From the NCBI RefSeq assembly GCF_024502345.1, contig NZ_JALDNN010000001.1: a stretch of DNA of 64,000 nt; one strand, written 5' to 3'. The notes under the pieces are model-generated. The model did no database searches. It saw only the letters and a list, made by a program, of their open reading frames with translations, and had not been told where the DNA came from. The position numbers and the translations under genes are program-made. Source of the DNA: Escherichia coli (GTDB taxonomy: Bacteria; Pseudomonadota; Gammaproteobacteria; Enterobacterales; Enterobacteriaceae). How positions within the stretch are numbered: the first letter of the stretch is position 1; every line of letters begins with the position of its first letter. This document shows positions 23,381 through 35,972 of this stretch, piece by piece.

Positions 23381-24028
23381 GGCACTGTTGCAAATAGTCG
23401 GTGGTGATAAACTTATCATCCCCTTTTGCTGATGGAGCTGCACATGAACCCATTCAAAGGCCGGCATTTTCAGCGTGACATCATTCTGTGGGCCGTACGC
23501 TGGTACTGCAAATACGGCATCAGTTACCGTGAGCTGCAGGAGATGCTGGCTGAACGCGGAGTGAATGTCGATCACTCCACGATTTACCGCTGGGTTCAGC
23601 GTTATGCGCCTGAAATGGAAAAACGGCTGCGCTGGTACTGGCGTAACCCTTCCGATCTTTGCCCGTGGCACATGGATGAAACCTACGTGAAGGTCAATGG
23701 CCGCTGGGCGTATCTGTACCGGGCCGTCGACAGCCGGGGCCGCACTGTCGATTTTTATCTCTCCTCCCGTCGTAACAGCAAAGCTGCATACCGGTTTCTG
23801 GGTAAAATCCTCAACAACGTGAAGAAGTGGCAGATCCCGCGATTCATCAACACGGATAAAGCGCCCGCCTATGGTCGCGCGCTTGCTCTGCTCAAACGCG
23901 AAGGCCGGTGCCCGTCTGACGTTGAACACCGACAGATTAAGTACCGGAACAACGTGATTGAATGCGATCATGGCAAACTGAAACGGATAATCGGCGCCAC
24001 GCTGGGATTTAAATCCATGAAGACGGCT
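23381..24028 (+). mobile_element. IS26, 3'-truncated (left IR plus ~648 bp)
   Basis: Left IR GGCACTGTTGCAAA at 23381-23394; transposase matches IS26 Tnp to ...ATLGFKSMKTA, then sequence diverges; right IR absent. Confidence 0.85.
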
Positions 24029-24031
24029 TAA
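23444..24031 (+). pseudogene. tnpA: IS26 transposase, C-terminally truncated (195 of ~234 aa)
   Basis: MNPFKGRHFQRDIILWAVRWYCKYGISYRELQEMLAERGVNVDHSTIYRWVQRYAPEMEKRL...; stop created at junction. Confidence 0.8.
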
Positions 24032-24531
24032 CGGACATAACCTACATCAGGACCCACGAAGGCTGGCTGTATCTTGCCGTGGTGGTTGATCTGTTCTCAC
24101 GCAAAATTATCGGCTGGTCCATGCAATCCCGGATGACAAAGGACATTGTCCTGAACGCACTGCTGATGGCCGTATGGCGGCGTAATCCCCAAAAACAGGT
24201 GCTGGTTCATTCGGATCAGGGCAGTCAGTACACAAGCCATGAGTGGCAGTCGTTCCTGAAATCACACGGCCTGGAGGGCAGCATGAGCCGTCGCGGTAAT
24301 TGCCATGATAATGTGGTTGCAGAAAGCTTTTTCCAGTTGTTGAAACGCGAACGGATAAAGAAAAAGATCTACGGAACGCGGGAAGAAGCCCGCAGCGATA
24401 TTTTTGATTACATCGAAATGTTTTATAACAGTAAGCGTCGGCATGGTTCCAGCGATCAGATGTCACCGACAGAATATGAAAACCAGTATTATCAACGGCT
24501 CGGAAGTGTCTAGATTATCTGTGGCGATTCA
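24029..24531 (+). mobile_element. IS3-family orfB 3' fragment (~160 C-terminal codons) abutting truncated IS26
   Basis: Translation LTDITYIRTHEGWLYLAVVVDLFSRKIIGWSM...HSDQGSQYTS...SMSRRGNCHDNVVAESFF (DDE integrase core). Confidence 0.65.
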
Positions 24532-24546
24532 TATCTTGGAATATAA

Positions 24547-25017
24547 ATGTTAAAAAAATTAATAACTTTTTCTGCCATCCTGTGTACGGGACAAGCATGG
24601 GCTGCATGTGTGGATGGTGCAGCTGGCCCAAACGGCGTAGATAGTGCCACCGAAGGTAGTACCTGCGATAACAGCGGTACGTCATATATAGGGAATAATA
24701 CCGCTTATGCGAGCGGGTCAGGTTCTGTTCTTAATTTCTTACCTGGAACTGTAATCAGTAGTAATGGTGTTGCTGCCGTTTATACGCTTGCCGTGGGAGG
24801 AGTCAATAGTGGCGGTTCGATCCCTGGAGCTGGAGCAACGGTTCATGCAAAAGGAGATTTAACAGTTAATGGGAATGCTCTGGGCAGTACTCGGAGTATT
24901 TTTATCTTTTCTGGTACAGATGCAGGGGGAAAACGTAACTCACTTCAGATAGATGGAAACCTGACTGCAACGAGGACTGGCGGTCTTTATGGGGCTGTTA
25001 TAGGTGATAATGCCTGA
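24547..25017 (+). pseudogene. Autotransporter/adhesin-like secreted protein, N-terminal fragment (signal peptide plus Gly/Ser/Thr-rich beta-helix-like region)
   Basis: Signal peptide MLKKLITFSAILCTGQAWA followed by G/S/T/N-rich repeats; ORF ends where the antisense integrase fragment begins. Confidence 0.4.
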
Positions 25018-25548
25018 CTGGGCAGCATAGCGCATGATTGCAGTGATACGCTGCTGAAGGCGCGCTGCAATCTCATAAATCTCTTTGGCTTCGGCTGCCT
25101 TTACTGGAACAAGTAAATCGGGAGTTCTGAGGGTGGTAATGTCACGTGAACCGATAAAGGGAAACACATGAGTTTCTAGGCTTTTCAGTATCTTCTCACT
25201 ATGTGAGGCTGACCATTTTTTGTTGCTCTTATGCCACTGCCTTGCGATGCCTTCAAATGTCTGAGCTGTTTCGGGTACCGACTTTTTGATTCGTTTCTGT
25301 TCGCACGGGTCAGTTCCTTCAGCTATCTGCTTTCTCGCCGCATCGCGTTTTTCCCTTGCTTCTGATAACGAGACTTCAGGATAGACACCCAGGGCGAGCG
25401 TTTTCTCTTTGCCCAGAAACCGGTAGCGGAGTCGCCAGTAGCGCGAGCCGTTAGGGTGAACGAGCAAAAACATGTTGCCGCTGTCGGCAAGTTTATAAGG
25501 TTTTTCATCCGGTTTAGCTGCACGGATTTTAGCGTCAGTGAGCGCCAT
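25018..25548 (-). pseudogene. P4-type tyrosine integrase, N-terminal ~175 codons only (catalytic domain missing)
   Basis: MALTDAKIRAAKPDEKPYKLADSGNMFLLVHPNGSRYWRLRYRFLGKEKTLALGVYPEVSLSEAREKRDAARK matches P4/CP4 integrase N-termini; ~195 bp downstream of the tRNA-Phe terminator. Confidence 0.75.
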
Positions 25549-25704
25549 TGGCGGTATCTCCTGATAGTAAAAGGGGCATAAATTTTATCGAATCAGACTA
25601 TACCCTCAGTTGTACCCTCGCAAGGGGCTTGATGCGGGTAGAAGTTGATTGAGCTGGGTGGAGTTAATGGATTGAAGAGGTGTTGATTTCTGCGGGATTA
25701 GAAT

Positions 25705-25732
25705 GCAAAAACGGACCTCCGTGGAGGTCCGT
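25705..25732 (-). terminator. Rho-independent terminator downstream of tRNA-Phe
   Basis: Perfect hairpin acggacctcc-gt-ggaggtccgt followed on the minus strand by TTTTT. Confidence 0.6.
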
Positions 25733-25743
25733 TGATATGAATT

Positions 25744-25792
25744 TGGTGCCCGGACTCGGAATCGAACCAAGGACACGGGGATTTTCAATCCC
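25744..25792 (-). tRNA. tRNA-Phe (pheV/pheU type), 3'-terminal 49 nt only; island attachment-site remnant
   Basis: TGGTGCCCGGACTCGGAATCGAACCAAGGACACGGGGATTTTCAATCCC is the reverse complement of the tRNA-Phe 3' end including CCA; homology stops inside the anticodon arm. Confidence 0.8.
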
Positions 25793-26069
25793 TTTAAAAG
25801 AGCCCAAACGATCCATCAGCACTAACAGTTTTTTACTGGTTTACCTTGAGAAAAATGTTTAAGTTTGGTTCTTCATGACTTAAGTATTGCTTAAATACGG
25901 CGTTTCGAAGCTACCAGAATCCTACCATTATGAGCCTATACCCATAGAAGAGAAATTATCTCCCGTTCTCGCGATTCAATGACTAAAAATCAGACGGTGC
26001 AGGCTTTTAGATACTGATATTATATCTTTTGGGTAAAGTATTAATCTCTGTTGAGATAGGCTCTTAGCC

Positions 26070-26414
26070 CTAAAATAGCCGAGCAGCAAACGCCAAAACA
26101 ACAATACTAACATTACCATTAACTGTCGCGATGGTTCTGAGTCGATCGTCTTTAAGTGTTTTACCATCAAATGTTGCGATGGTGCGGAGTCGATCGTCTT
26201 TCAGGGTCTTGCCATCAAAGGTAGCGATGGTGCGGAGTCGGTCGTCTTTCAGGGTTTTACCGTCAAAAGTTGAGATGGTTCTGAGCCGGTCGTCTTTCAG
26301 GGTTTTACCGTCAAACGTTGCGATGGTCCTGAGCCGGTCGTCTTTCAGGGTTTTACCGTCAAAGGTAGCGATGGTACGGAGTCGATCGTCTTTTATAGTT
26401 ACGCTCATAAGCAT
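26070..26414 (-). CDS. Small protein made almost entirely of ~5.5 tandem 16-aa repeats (DGKTLKDDRLRTIATF)
   Basis: ATG at 26414 preceded by AGGAG at 7-nt spacing; the overlapping plus-strand ORF lacks an SD. Confidence 0.5.
   Translation of the reverse strand: MLMSVTIKDDRLRTIATFDGKTLKDDRLRTIATFDGKTLKDDRLRTISTFDGKTLKDDRLRTIATFDGKTLKDDRLRTIATFDGKTLKDDRLRTIATVNGNVSIVVLAFAARLF
26127..26395. repeat. 48-bp direct tandem repeat array, ~5.5 copies, slightly degenerate
   Basis: Unit cgatggtNNNgagNcgNtcgtctttcagggttttaccNtcaaaNgtNg repeated head-to-tail. Confidence 0.85.
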
Positions 26415-26629
26415 TCTCCTGTGATACGTCCGTTCAGCACTTTACCATCCAAAATCAAGCACTGGTTTCTGTGAGTTCTGGACGCTAATTGTCTGAATCA
26501 GCGATTAAAACTCATCCAGTTAGCATTAACATTAACCAGCGCCTCATCGATCATAACAGGTCTGATGCAGGTTAAAAGATACAATCTTACCCATAAATTG
26601 CGGTAGCGCATTGTTCTTTTATCTGACAT

Positions 26630-29600
26630 CTAGAGGTGTCCTCCAACCCCTTTAAATTTTTCGATAAATGCCCCAATTTTCTGGAATACAGTCTGCTTTT
26701 TCGTTTTGTACTGAGGATTCAGCGGACTGAGCTTTGGTAGCGTCTCATTTAGCTCCGTCCCATTTTCGGTGGCATACTCCCGTTTTAGTGATGTGCGGAT
26801 ATAGCGCCTTGCAGCCTCTTCATTGAGGTTTTCTTCCTTAATCAACGCCTCTGCTTCCCGTTGCTGTTCACGCTGAGCATAGGTAAAGAATGCATCAATG
26901 ATACTGGCCTTGTCCGGCATGTCATCAAGGTTAGTTTGCTGAATAAAGTCAACAATCAGACCTTCTTTGGCACGGTTGCCCAGACTTGAGCGGATTAAGC
27001 GTCTGACCTCTTCAGTCAGGGCTTCTTTACCTTTTTTCTGACGATTGTGGTCGAAAATCAGACCAAGGATGTAATCCAGGTTAATTTCCTGCGACTTCAG
27101 CAGGTCAATTTCAAACACCACGTCATCCCAGTCTGTGGTTGATTTATCCCTGTCGTTTGATGCTTTTTCGCGTCGCTGCCAGTCCCGGATATCATTGTAT
27201 GCTGAGCGATAGTCCTGAACTTTACGTTCTGCCGGGAGACGAATGGTTTGTAATTCAGCAAATTTTTCATCATCCACATAGTGCTCTGCTTTAAAGGTTT
27301 CTACCGCTTCCGGGTCACTAATATCAACCTTCTGCAGGGCTTTCAGCGTGGCAAATTCATCATAGTTTTGCAGGATGTTTTCTGCCCGCAGATATTCACC
27401 AAACAGTTTGACGAAGGCTTTTTTCTCTTTTTCACTGTCGATACTGGCAGGGTCAGGGAAGCGCTGCTCCAGCTCAGAGACAACAGCCATAAAACCTCGT
27501 TTAGCCTCACCGGTTGCCGCATCGGTAAAGCCCTGCATGTACTCTTCGTAGCTTTTTTCCAGCACCACATTCTTGGTGTTTTTGTCGCCGAAAAGTGTGA
27601 TGGCATCAATGGTCGGACGCTCCAGGTCCCTGAAAGTCACGATATTGCCGAAGGTTTTGGTTGCATCATAGATACGGTTGGTGCGTGAGAATGCCTGCAT
27701 CAGACCGTGATAACGCAGGTTTTTGTCAACGAACAGAGTATTGAGCGTCGGAGCATCAAAGCCAGTCAAGAACATTCCCACCACGATGAGAAGGTCAATA
27801 TCCTGATTTTTCACTCGTTGAGCTAAATCGCGGTAGTAGTTCTGGAAACCGTTACTGTCGGTGCTGAAATTGGTTTTAAAGTGGTTGTTATAGTCATCAA
27901 TGGCTGAATCCAGGAATTCCTTTGCGCTGCTGTTCATTGCACTGGTATCAAAACTTTCGTCGGTAATATCACCAATAGCGCTTTGCTCTTCATTAGCAGC
28001 AAAAGAGAAGATGGTTGCCACACGAAGACGTTTATAGCTGCCAGATTTCTTCTCAGCTTCTTCCTGTAGCATTTTAAATGTCGTGTAATAAGCTTTTGCC
28101 GCGTCCACGCTGCTCACTGCTAACATGGCATTGAAGCCTTTTGCTCCCGGGAAGGTACGATGCGTTTTCTGGCGGAAGTTATTGAGAATGTATTGCGTTA
28201 TTTCCTGGATACGCAGTGGGTGCAGAAAGGCCTGGTGGTTTTCAGCCGCGCTGAGTTTTTTCTCATCAGTTTCCGTTTCAAGAGACTTAAACTGTGGGCG
28301 GACATCGTTATAGTCCACCTTAAACTTCAGCACTTTTTCATCACGAATCGCATCAGTAATGACGTAAGAATGTAATTCACGCCCGAAGACGCTGGCGGTG
28401 GTTTCTGCCCCCAGTGCGTTTTCCGGGAAAATAGGTGTACCGGTAAAACCAAACTGATAAAAGCTTCTGAATTTCTTTTTGAGGTTTTTCTGGGCCTCAC
28501 CAAACTGGCTGCGGTGACACTCATCAAAGATAAACACAACCTGCTGCTGATAGACGGGCAGGTCAGCTTCGGCTTTCATCAGGTTATTGAGTTTCTGAAT
28601 GGTTGTGACGATAATTTTGTTATCGTCCTTATCCAGGTTTCTTCTGAGGCCAGCTGTATTATCCGAACCATTCACACTGTCCGGAGAGAAGCGCTGATAC
28701 TCCTTCATGGTCTGGTAATCGAGGTCTTTCCTGTCGACCACGAAGAAGACTTTATCAATAAAGTCCAGCTCGGTTGCCAGACGTGCGGCCTTAAAACTGG
28801 TCAACGTTTTACCGCTACCTGTGGTATGCCAGATAAACCCGCCGCTTTCGGGTTTTGACCAGTTCTTCGCTTTAAATGAGCTGTTAATTTTCCAGAGGAT
28901 TCGCTCAGTGGCAGCAATCTGATAGGGGCGCATGACGAGCAGCGTCTGGCTGCTGTCAAACACGCTGTAATTAAACAGAACATTCAGCAGAGTATGCTTC
29001 TGGAAGAAAGTGGCGGTAAAGTCCTTCAGGTCCTTAATCAGAGTGTTATCCGACTTTGCCCAGTTCATGGTGAAATCAAAGCTATTTTTATCCCGTTTAG
29101 TGGTACTGGCAAAGTACCGGGTATCAGTCCCGTTGGAAATCACGAAGAGTTGCAGGTATTTAAACAGGGAGTTATCGCTGTTAAAGCTTTCCTTGCTGTA
29201 ACGGTGTATCTGGTTAAAGGCTTCACGAATCGCCACACCGCGTTTTTTGAGTTCGATTTGCACCAGTGGAAGGCCGTTGACCAGAATGGTGACGTCATAA
29301 CGGTTAGCGTGTGAGCCAGTCTGCTCAAACTGCTGAATGACCTGCACCTTATTGCGCAGCAGGTTCTTTTTATCTATCAGATAGATGTTTTCCAGACGAC
29401 CATCATCAAACGTAAAATCACAGATATAGTCGATATGGATTTTACGGGTTTTGTCCAGGCTGCTGTCACTGGGACTGTCCAGATACTGCTCTGCGAAGCG
29501 CCGCCATTCACTTTCGTTAAACACCACACCATTAAGACGCTGAAGCTGGTCTCGCACATTCGCCAGCATCGCAGCCGGTGACTTAACGGAGATAAACTCA

Positions 29601-29746
29601 TACCCCTGATTAAGAAGGTCTTGAATCAGCTCCCGCTCAAGGTCCGATTCGCTCTGGTAACTCTCACCAGTTTCCTGAGCTTTAGAGTACTTATCAAGGA
29701 CGATAAAGTTATTGGATTCAGCAATAGTATGTGTCTGTTGTGTCAT
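26630..29746 (-). CDS. hsdR: Type I restriction enzyme R subunit (HsdR)
   Basis: 1038 aa; DEAD/DEAH-type helicase motifs (TGSGKT, DECH) in an HsdR-like architecture. Confidence 0.9.
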   Translation of the reverse strand: MTQQTHTIAESNNFIVLDKYSKAQETGESYQSESDLERELIQDLLNQGYEFISVKSPAAMLANVRDQLQRLNGVVFNESEWRRFAEQYLDSPSDSSLDKTRKIHIDYICDFTFDDGRLENIYLIDKKNLLRNKVQVIQQFEQTGSHANRYDVTILVNGLPLVQIELKKRGVAIREAFNQIHRYSKESFNSDNSLFKYLQLFVISNGTDTRYFASTTKRDKNSFDFTMNWAKSDNTLIKDLKDFTATFFQKHTLLNVLFNYSVFDSSQTLLVMRPYQIAATERILWKINSSFKAKNWSKPESGGFIWHTTGSGKTLTSFKAARLATELDFIDKVFFVVDRKDLDYQTMKEYQRFSPDSVNGSDNTAGLRRNLDKDDNKIIVTTIQKLNNLMKAEADLPVYQQQVVFIFDECHRSQFGEAQKNLKKKFRSFYQFGFTGTPIFPENALGAETTASVFGRELHSYVITDAIRDEKVLKFKVDYNDVRPQFKSLETETDEKKLSAAENHQAFLHPLRIQEITQYILNNFRQKTHRTFPGAKGFNAMLAVSSVDAAKAYYTTFKMLQEEAEKKSGSYKRLRVATIFSFAANEEQSAIGDITDESFDTSAMNSSAKEFLDSAIDDYNNHFKTNFSTDSNGFQNYYRDLAQRVKNQDIDLLIVVGMFLTGFDAPTLNTLFVDKNLRYHGLMQAFSRTNRIYDATKTFGNIVTFRDLERPTIDAITLFGDKNTKNVVLEKSYEEYMQGFTDAATGEAKRGFMAVVSELEQRFPDPASIDSEKEKKAFVKLFGEYLRAENILQNYDEFATLKALQKVDISDPEAVETFKAEHYVDDEKFAELQTIRLPAERKVQDYRSAYNDIRDWQRREKASNDRDKSTTDWDDVVFEIDLLKSQEINLDYILGLIFDHNRQKKGKEALTEEVRRLIRSSLGNRAKEGLIVDFIQQTNLDDMPDKASIIDAFFTYAQREQQREAEALIKEENLNEEAARRYIRTSLKREYATENGTELNETLPKLSPLNPQYKTKKQTVFQKIGAFIEKFKGVGGHL

Positions 29747-29861
29747 GGTGCATCCTGTGCGTCATCTGGCAAAGTCCGGAAGGGTATCAGAAACATCATC
29801 CGGCACTCGTAAAGCCTGATACCGGTAGGTGAAAGCAGACACTGCCGGTATCAGTGGCCTG

Positions 29862-31087
<1,226 letters not shown>

Positions 31088-31091
<4 letters not shown>

Positions 31092-32644
31092 TTCTGCACC
31101 TCGCAGCCTTCAATTTCAGCCACAATCGCATCAATATCTTTGCGCAACTGGTCGATTTTGCTGACCGTGGTTTTCAGCTCTGCATTCAACTCAGCGATAT
31201 CGATAATTTCGCGAGTATCTTTCGCTTCCACATAGCTGCTCACCGACAGGTTATAGTCATTCGCGACAACAGTCTCAAACGCAACAGATTTCGCCAGATG
31301 AGCAACATCTTCCTTGCTGGCAAATACCTGCATAATTTGTTCGATATGGGCATCGGTCAGGATATTGTTGTTGGTCTCTTTTTTGAATAGTTCACTGGCG
31401 TCAATAAACTGAACTTTGGTATCGGTTTTATGTTTAGACAACACCAGAATATTGACGGCAATAGTGGTGCCAAAGAACAGGTTCGGTGCCAGTGAAATCA
31501 CGGTTTCGACATAGTTATTGTCAACCAGGTACTGTCGGATTTTCTGCTCTGCACCGCCACGGTAAAAAATACCGGGGAAGCAAACTATTGCTGCACGCCC
31601 TTTAGCAGACAGGTAGTTCAGCGCATGTAGGACAAATGCAAAGTCCGCTTTTGATTTCGGGGCCAGTACACCAGCTGGAGCAAAGCGCTCATCGTTAATC
31701 AGGGTCGGGTCGTCACTGCCAATCCACTTAACCGAGTACGGCGGGTTAGAGACAATCGCATCGAACGGTTTTTCATCGCCAAAGTGAGGCTCAGTCAGGG
31801 TATTCCCCAGTCTGATATCAAATTTGTCGTAGTTGATGTTGTGCAGGAACATGTTCATACGCGCCAGGTTAAAGGTTGTATGATTTATCTCCTGACCATA
31901 AAAACCTTCTTCAATGATATGGTTATCAAAGTGCTTCTTCGCCTGAAGCAGCAGTGAACCAGAGCCAGCGGCAGGGTCATAGATTTTGTTGACGTGAGTC
32001 TGACCGTGCATCGCAAGCTGAGCAATCAGCTTGGAGACGTGCTGAGGTGTGAAGAACTCCCCTCCAGACTTACCGGCATTTGCCGCATAGTTAGAAATCA
32101 GGAACTCGTAGGCATCACCAAACAGGTCAATCTGGTGCTCGTTAAAATTCCCCAGGTTAAGCCCTTCAACGCCTTTCAGAACGGCGGCAAGACGGCTGTT
32201 TTTGTCTTTAACTGTGTTACCCAGTCGATTGCTGGTCGTATCGAAATCGGCGAACAGGCCTTTGATGTCGGCCTCGGACGGATAGCCGTAGGCAGAGCTT
32301 TCTATAGCGACGAAGATACTATTTAAATCAGCATTCAGCCTGTCGTTGGTGTTCGCTTTAGCGGCAACGTTGCAGAACAGCTGGCTCGGGTAGATGAAAT
32401 AGCCTTTAGTCCTGATGGCATCGTCTTTGATGTCATCGGTAATGATGCTGTCATCAAGTGCTGCATAATGTATGCTCTCATCCCCTGCTTCCATGTAGCT
32501 GGAAAAATTCTCACTGATGAAGCGGTAGAAAAGTGCACCGAGTACATACTGTTTAAAATCCCATCCATCTACTGAGCCCCTGACATCATTGGCAATGGCC
32601 CAGATTTGACGGTGTAGCTCTGCACGCTGTTGAAGGCTTGTCAT
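31088..32644 (-). CDS. hsdM: Type I R-M N6-adenine DNA methyltransferase subunit (HsdM)
   Basis: 518 aa with NPPY catalytic motif ([10 protein letters not shown]); stop overlaps hsdS start. Confidence 0.9.
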
Positions 32645-32847
32645 TTTGTATCCTGTTGTATGATTCTTAAGTACTGTTATTGGCCCGATTTTATCGCAAT
32701 TTCATATGGATGACAGGCTTTGTATGTCATGCGTTGCACTGAGAGTTCGTTTGCCCGGTTGTGTAGCCAACACTCTTTCAGTCAGGCCAGTAGAAACGTT
32801 GCGCTGACGATAAATACTGAAGCCCCAATACCATCGGGGCTGAACGT

Positions 32848-34725
32848 TCAGTCGGTGAGAATTTCTTCATCCGTATCCATTGTGGATGGTGATGAATCTA
32901 TTTTTGTTGTAAGAAATACCCGATTCAGTAGTCTTTGCTTCAGGGCGTTTCTTCGCTCATTGTAGAATTCCGGGAAGTGACTGAACTCAATATTTTCATC
33001 TGAAACTAACAGCATTGATGGCGAATAGTTGTTTGATGGCTGAGATAGCCATTGTTTCAGGGAAGTATCCTGTTTACTTATATTCTGAGAGTGATTCAGT
33101 AAATGAAGATTCGGTATGGTGTCCCAGTATTCCGGATTTTCATAAAAGCTGAGCTTCTCAGGTGAATTCGCAATATAATCTAGTTTTTCAAGATATTTCT
33201 TTGAAAAATGATTTCTTGGGTGAAGGTGATCAATATGAAATACCTCGGTTGGATTCATTTCAGGGAACAGAAGATGCAATAGTGCGCGGCAACGACCTTC
33301 GCCATATCTGATATTGAGAAGGCTTTCGATGTATTCGTCGTCAAATCTGAGGTCTTTATTCGAGCCTTTATATCTGTCAATAATCTTTTCAAGAGGAAAG
33401 TGAATATCTGAAAGACTATTTTTCATTACCTCTCTGATACTCGTGAGTAGCGCATCTGCCTGGCTTCCAAAGATCCCTTTCAGAAGTACCATGTAAAACC
33501 ACTGGCTAATTACTGAGCGTTCATTGTGGTTTTTATTCAGGAGGTTAATCGTTGTATATAATGGATGTCCACTGGTTTGCTTTTTGTAAAGCCAGTAGAC
33601 CACAGGAATGACTGCATTTTTAGATATCAAAGACTGTGGATTGATGCCGAATCGCCTGATAAGAATAAAGGTCTCCTTGATACAGGATTTTATTTCAGAC
33701 CATTGTTGTTGTATCTTACCGACCTCCTCTGAAGTGAAGTTTTTTACTTTGAACCGGACGTCAGAGTCAATAAGCATCAGGCTGGTTTTTAAGAACCAGT
33801 CTCTTTCAATATAAAAACCCATTTCATTATTCTGATAAATGTTTTTTGTCAGTTCATCCAGTTCTCTTCTGAAATCCCCCTGCCAGTGCGCTACCGCTAT
33901 TGACATCAGTAAGTCTGAAAACTCAAGTTTTGTCCCCCCGCTGTTCGTGCGGATGAAAACATCCAGCACATGATCAATGTCCTGACTGCTCTCATTGAAG
34001 TAGTGGATAAGATTCTCAGTTCTTATCTTGGTATAAAGTTTAAGCAGAGTTTTTCTGGAAAATTCACTGGAAATGAGATCTCTTTTTTCAAGTTCTGGTA
34101 CGACAACGTTAAATAAAATATCATCAGGCGAATCATGTTGCTCGTATTTGAATATTTCGTGCAGGCAGAACCAGTGATGTTTGTTGTCTGTAAGTGAATC
34201 AGCGTATTGCTTGTCGGTCAGGAACCTGAAGTTATACTTCATCATGAGTTCGTCGTCTGACTTAAGTGGCGCGGTTAAATCGACGTAAAGCTTTCTGGGC
34301 GGCAGGATGCGATCATCCTGTGCCGAAGGCCACCACATCCGGGGCTGTTTATACGCATACGTTCCACACAATCCAATATATAATGATGTGAGACGCTGCT
34401 GACCATCAATCACCGCTTTGAAATCATGAAATCCAGCATTTGTTGCTACGCAGGGGTTTTCTTCATTAAATCGCTGACAGTATTCTTTCAGGAATTCATA
34501 GAATTTGTAATCATTTTTAATACTGGCACTACGGATATCCCACATCATGAAAGAGTTTATCGGGTAGTCTCGCATGATGGAATCAAACAGCAAACATATC
34601 TGACTGCTGCTCCAGACGAACTTCCTCTGAATTGCAGGCAGAAGATAGTGGCGTAAATTAATTGAATCTATCGCTTGTTTTATCGTTATTGCTTTTTCAT
34701 ACTGGCCAGCCATCATAAACCTCAT
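32848..34725 (-). CDS. DUF262 (ParB/GmrS-like) plus DUF1524 (His-Me finger, GmrD-like) two-domain protein; candidate Type IV (modification-dependent) restriction or defense nuclease
   Basis: 625 aa; N-terminal ...IQRKFVW...VIDGQQRLTSLYIGL; C-terminal HIDHLHPRNHFSKK; AT-rich coding sequence. Confidence 0.75.
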   Translation of the reverse strand: MRFMMAGQYEKAITIKQAIDSINLRHYLLPAIQRKFVWSSSQICLLFDSIMRDYPINSFMMWDIRSASIKNDYKFYEFLKEYCQRFNEENPCVATNAGFHDFKAVIDGQQRLTSLYIGLCGTYAYKQPRMWWPSAQDDRILPPRKLYVDLTAPLKSDDELMMKYNFRFLTDKQYADSLTDNKHHWFCLHEIFKYEQHDSPDDILFNVVVPELEKRDLISSEFSRKTLLKLYTKIRTENLIHYFNESSQDIDHVLDVFIRTNSGGTKLEFSDLLMSIAVAHWQGDFRRELDELTKNIYQNNEMGFYIERDWFLKTSLMLIDSDVRFKVKNFTSEEVGKIQQQWSEIKSCIKETFILIRRFGINPQSLISKNAVIPVVYWLYKKQTSGHPLYTTINLLNKNHNERSVISQWFYMVLLKGIFGSQADALLTSIREVMKNSLSDIHFPLEKIIDRYKGSNKDLRFDDEYIESLLNIRYGEGRCRALLHLLFPEMNPTEVFHIDHLHPRNHFSKKYLEKLDYIANSPEKLSFYENPEYWDTIPNLHLLNHSQNISKQDTSLKQWLSQPSNNYSPSMLLVSDENIEFSHFPEFYNERRNALKQRLLNRVFLTTKIDSSPSTMDTDEEILTD

Positions 34726-34786
34726 ATGTTATATTAGCTGGCCTATTTTAATTTATTGCGTGTCGGTAGTACAGTCTTTGCACAAA

Positions 34787-35116
34787 CTAATTTATGCAAT
34801 GGAAAAGCTGACGGCTCGGTTTGTGTTTTTCATTCGGGTAGACTCGCATTGCGGATGCACAAAGTGATGAAACCTGTCTTGCTATATTTTTACCGAAGTT
34901 AACAAGAAGGCCGTGCTTTATTTTTTCACCCTCTGCCCTGATGCTGATGATAAAGCTGAACTGATATACGATTACCTCAATGAGGTCATTGCCAAATGTT
35001 ATAATGGCGGCGTTGTTTATTTCATGTTCATAATCCCTCAGGTCAGTGTTAAGTCTTGCTGTTGCATCTACAAGTGCGTATTCTTTATCGATAATCATAA
35101 CTTTCTCACTTATCAT
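34787..35116 (-). CDS. Small hypothetical protein between the WYL regulator and the DUF262/DUF1524 gene
   Basis: ORF of 109 codons co-oriented with flanking genes; start uncertain (MISEKV or MIIDKEY); no family recognised. Confidence 0.3.
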   Translation of the reverse strand: MISEKVMIIDKEYALVDATARLNTDLRDYEHEINNAAIITFGNDLIEVIVYQFSFIISIRAEGEKIKHGLLVNFGKNIARQVSSLCASAMRVYPNEKHKPSRQLFHCIN

Positions 35117-35156
35117 GTTAATGTGATTTAATCATCACTAATAATATGTTGTGATT

Positions 35157-35870
35157 TTAATTACGATTATTCGTCTGTTTACTCCCGTAATGCATTATCT
35201 TATGAATAATGTTCATGTGGGGTAAGGCTTCCATAAAGTCAGACTGTTCAATCAGCGAAATGAGTGTGTTATCGATCTCAAACGTTGTATCCGGTAATAC
35301 CTCAACCAGCCTGATTCGGGACAGGGAAATAACGAACACGCCCGATGACGTACATCCGGCAAGAAACCACTCCGCATGGCTGCAAAGCAGACGGTAGGGA
35401 TGAACGGTATGGCTGACGTTTTCGTCGGTTCTGATACGCACCTGGGTCTGGTTAAGTATGGCGAGCGTCAGTCTGCTGAAATCACCGAAAAGGGTGGGTT
35501 TCTGGCGCGGCTCCGGTAGCATAATCCTGTATGGCGAGGGACGTTCCCCGTCAAGCATCAGGCTCAGTAGTTTGGCATCCATCGCGGGTAACAGACGGTC
35601 AAGATGCAGCAACCTCGCCAGTATCTTCATATCCCGTTCCGTGCGGCGACGAAAGTAATGTGAGGCAAGCTGATACACGCCGTTGCTCTGTTCAATATCA
35701 AGGTAGGTCAGACGGACGTTGAAATCCCGTCGCAGCGTTCGCGTCGTCACTCCAAATTCTTCTGCCAGCGTCCCGATATGCAGCTTTTCACCCTGAAACA
35801 AACGGCTCAGGATGATGGAAAGGCGGGTTGCCAGTCTGTCATGTTCGTTTTCTTGTGTTATCAGCGTCAT
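35157..35870 (-). CDS. HTH plus WYL-domain transcriptional regulator (YfjR / BrxR-like)
   Basis: 237 aa; N-terminal HTH LHIGTLAEEFGVTTRTLRRDFN, C-terminal ligand-binding-type region. Confidence 0.7.
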   Translation of the reverse strand: MTLITQENEHDRLATRLSIILSRLFQGEKLHIGTLAEEFGVTTRTLRRDFNVRLTYLDIEQSNGVYQLASHYFRRRTERDMKILARLLHLDRLLPAMDAKLLSLMLDGERPSPYRIMLPEPRQKPTLFGDFSRLTLAILNQTQVRIRTDENVSHTVHPYRLLCSHAEWFLAGCTSSGVFVISLSRIRLVEVLPDTTFEIDNTLISLIEQSDFMEALPHMNIIHKIMHYGSKQTNNRN

Positions 35871-35871
35871 A

Positions 35872-35930
35872 CATCATTTCCGAATTTAGCCGGGAAATGA
35901 TGCCAGCAGTAGCGGACAGGATTTGTCCGC
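35872..35930. promoter_or_regulatory. Two inverted repeats immediately upstream of the WYL regulator start (candidate operators)
   Basis: catcatttcc-N11-ggaaatgatg at 35872-35902 and gcggaca-ggatt-tgtccgc at 35911-35929. Confidence 0.4.
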
Positions 35931-35972
35931 CCTCTGAAGTTTTTTAAAGTCTGAATACCTTAAATGTAAGTG

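Noticed and set aside
23201-23971. 256-aa minus-strand ORF
   Set aside because: Antisense to the IS26 transposase gene and spanning the IS26 left end; spurious.
26127-26395. Possible CRISPR array suggested by regular 48-bp repeats
   Set aside because: The units are directly contiguous with no unique spacers, are near-identical rather than repeat-spacer alternating, and lie inside an ORF with a strong SD. This is a coding tandem repeat, not a CRISPR.
26131-26424. Plus-strand ORF (97 aa) across the tandem repeats
   Set aside because: It is open only because of repeat periodicity and has no SD; the minus-strand ORF has AGGAG at correct spacing, so minus is the likelier coding strand.
34913-35131. 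72-aa plus-strand ORF
   Set aside because: Antisense overlap with the small minus-strand ORF 34787-35116 in an AT-rich region; no SD and junk-like composition.
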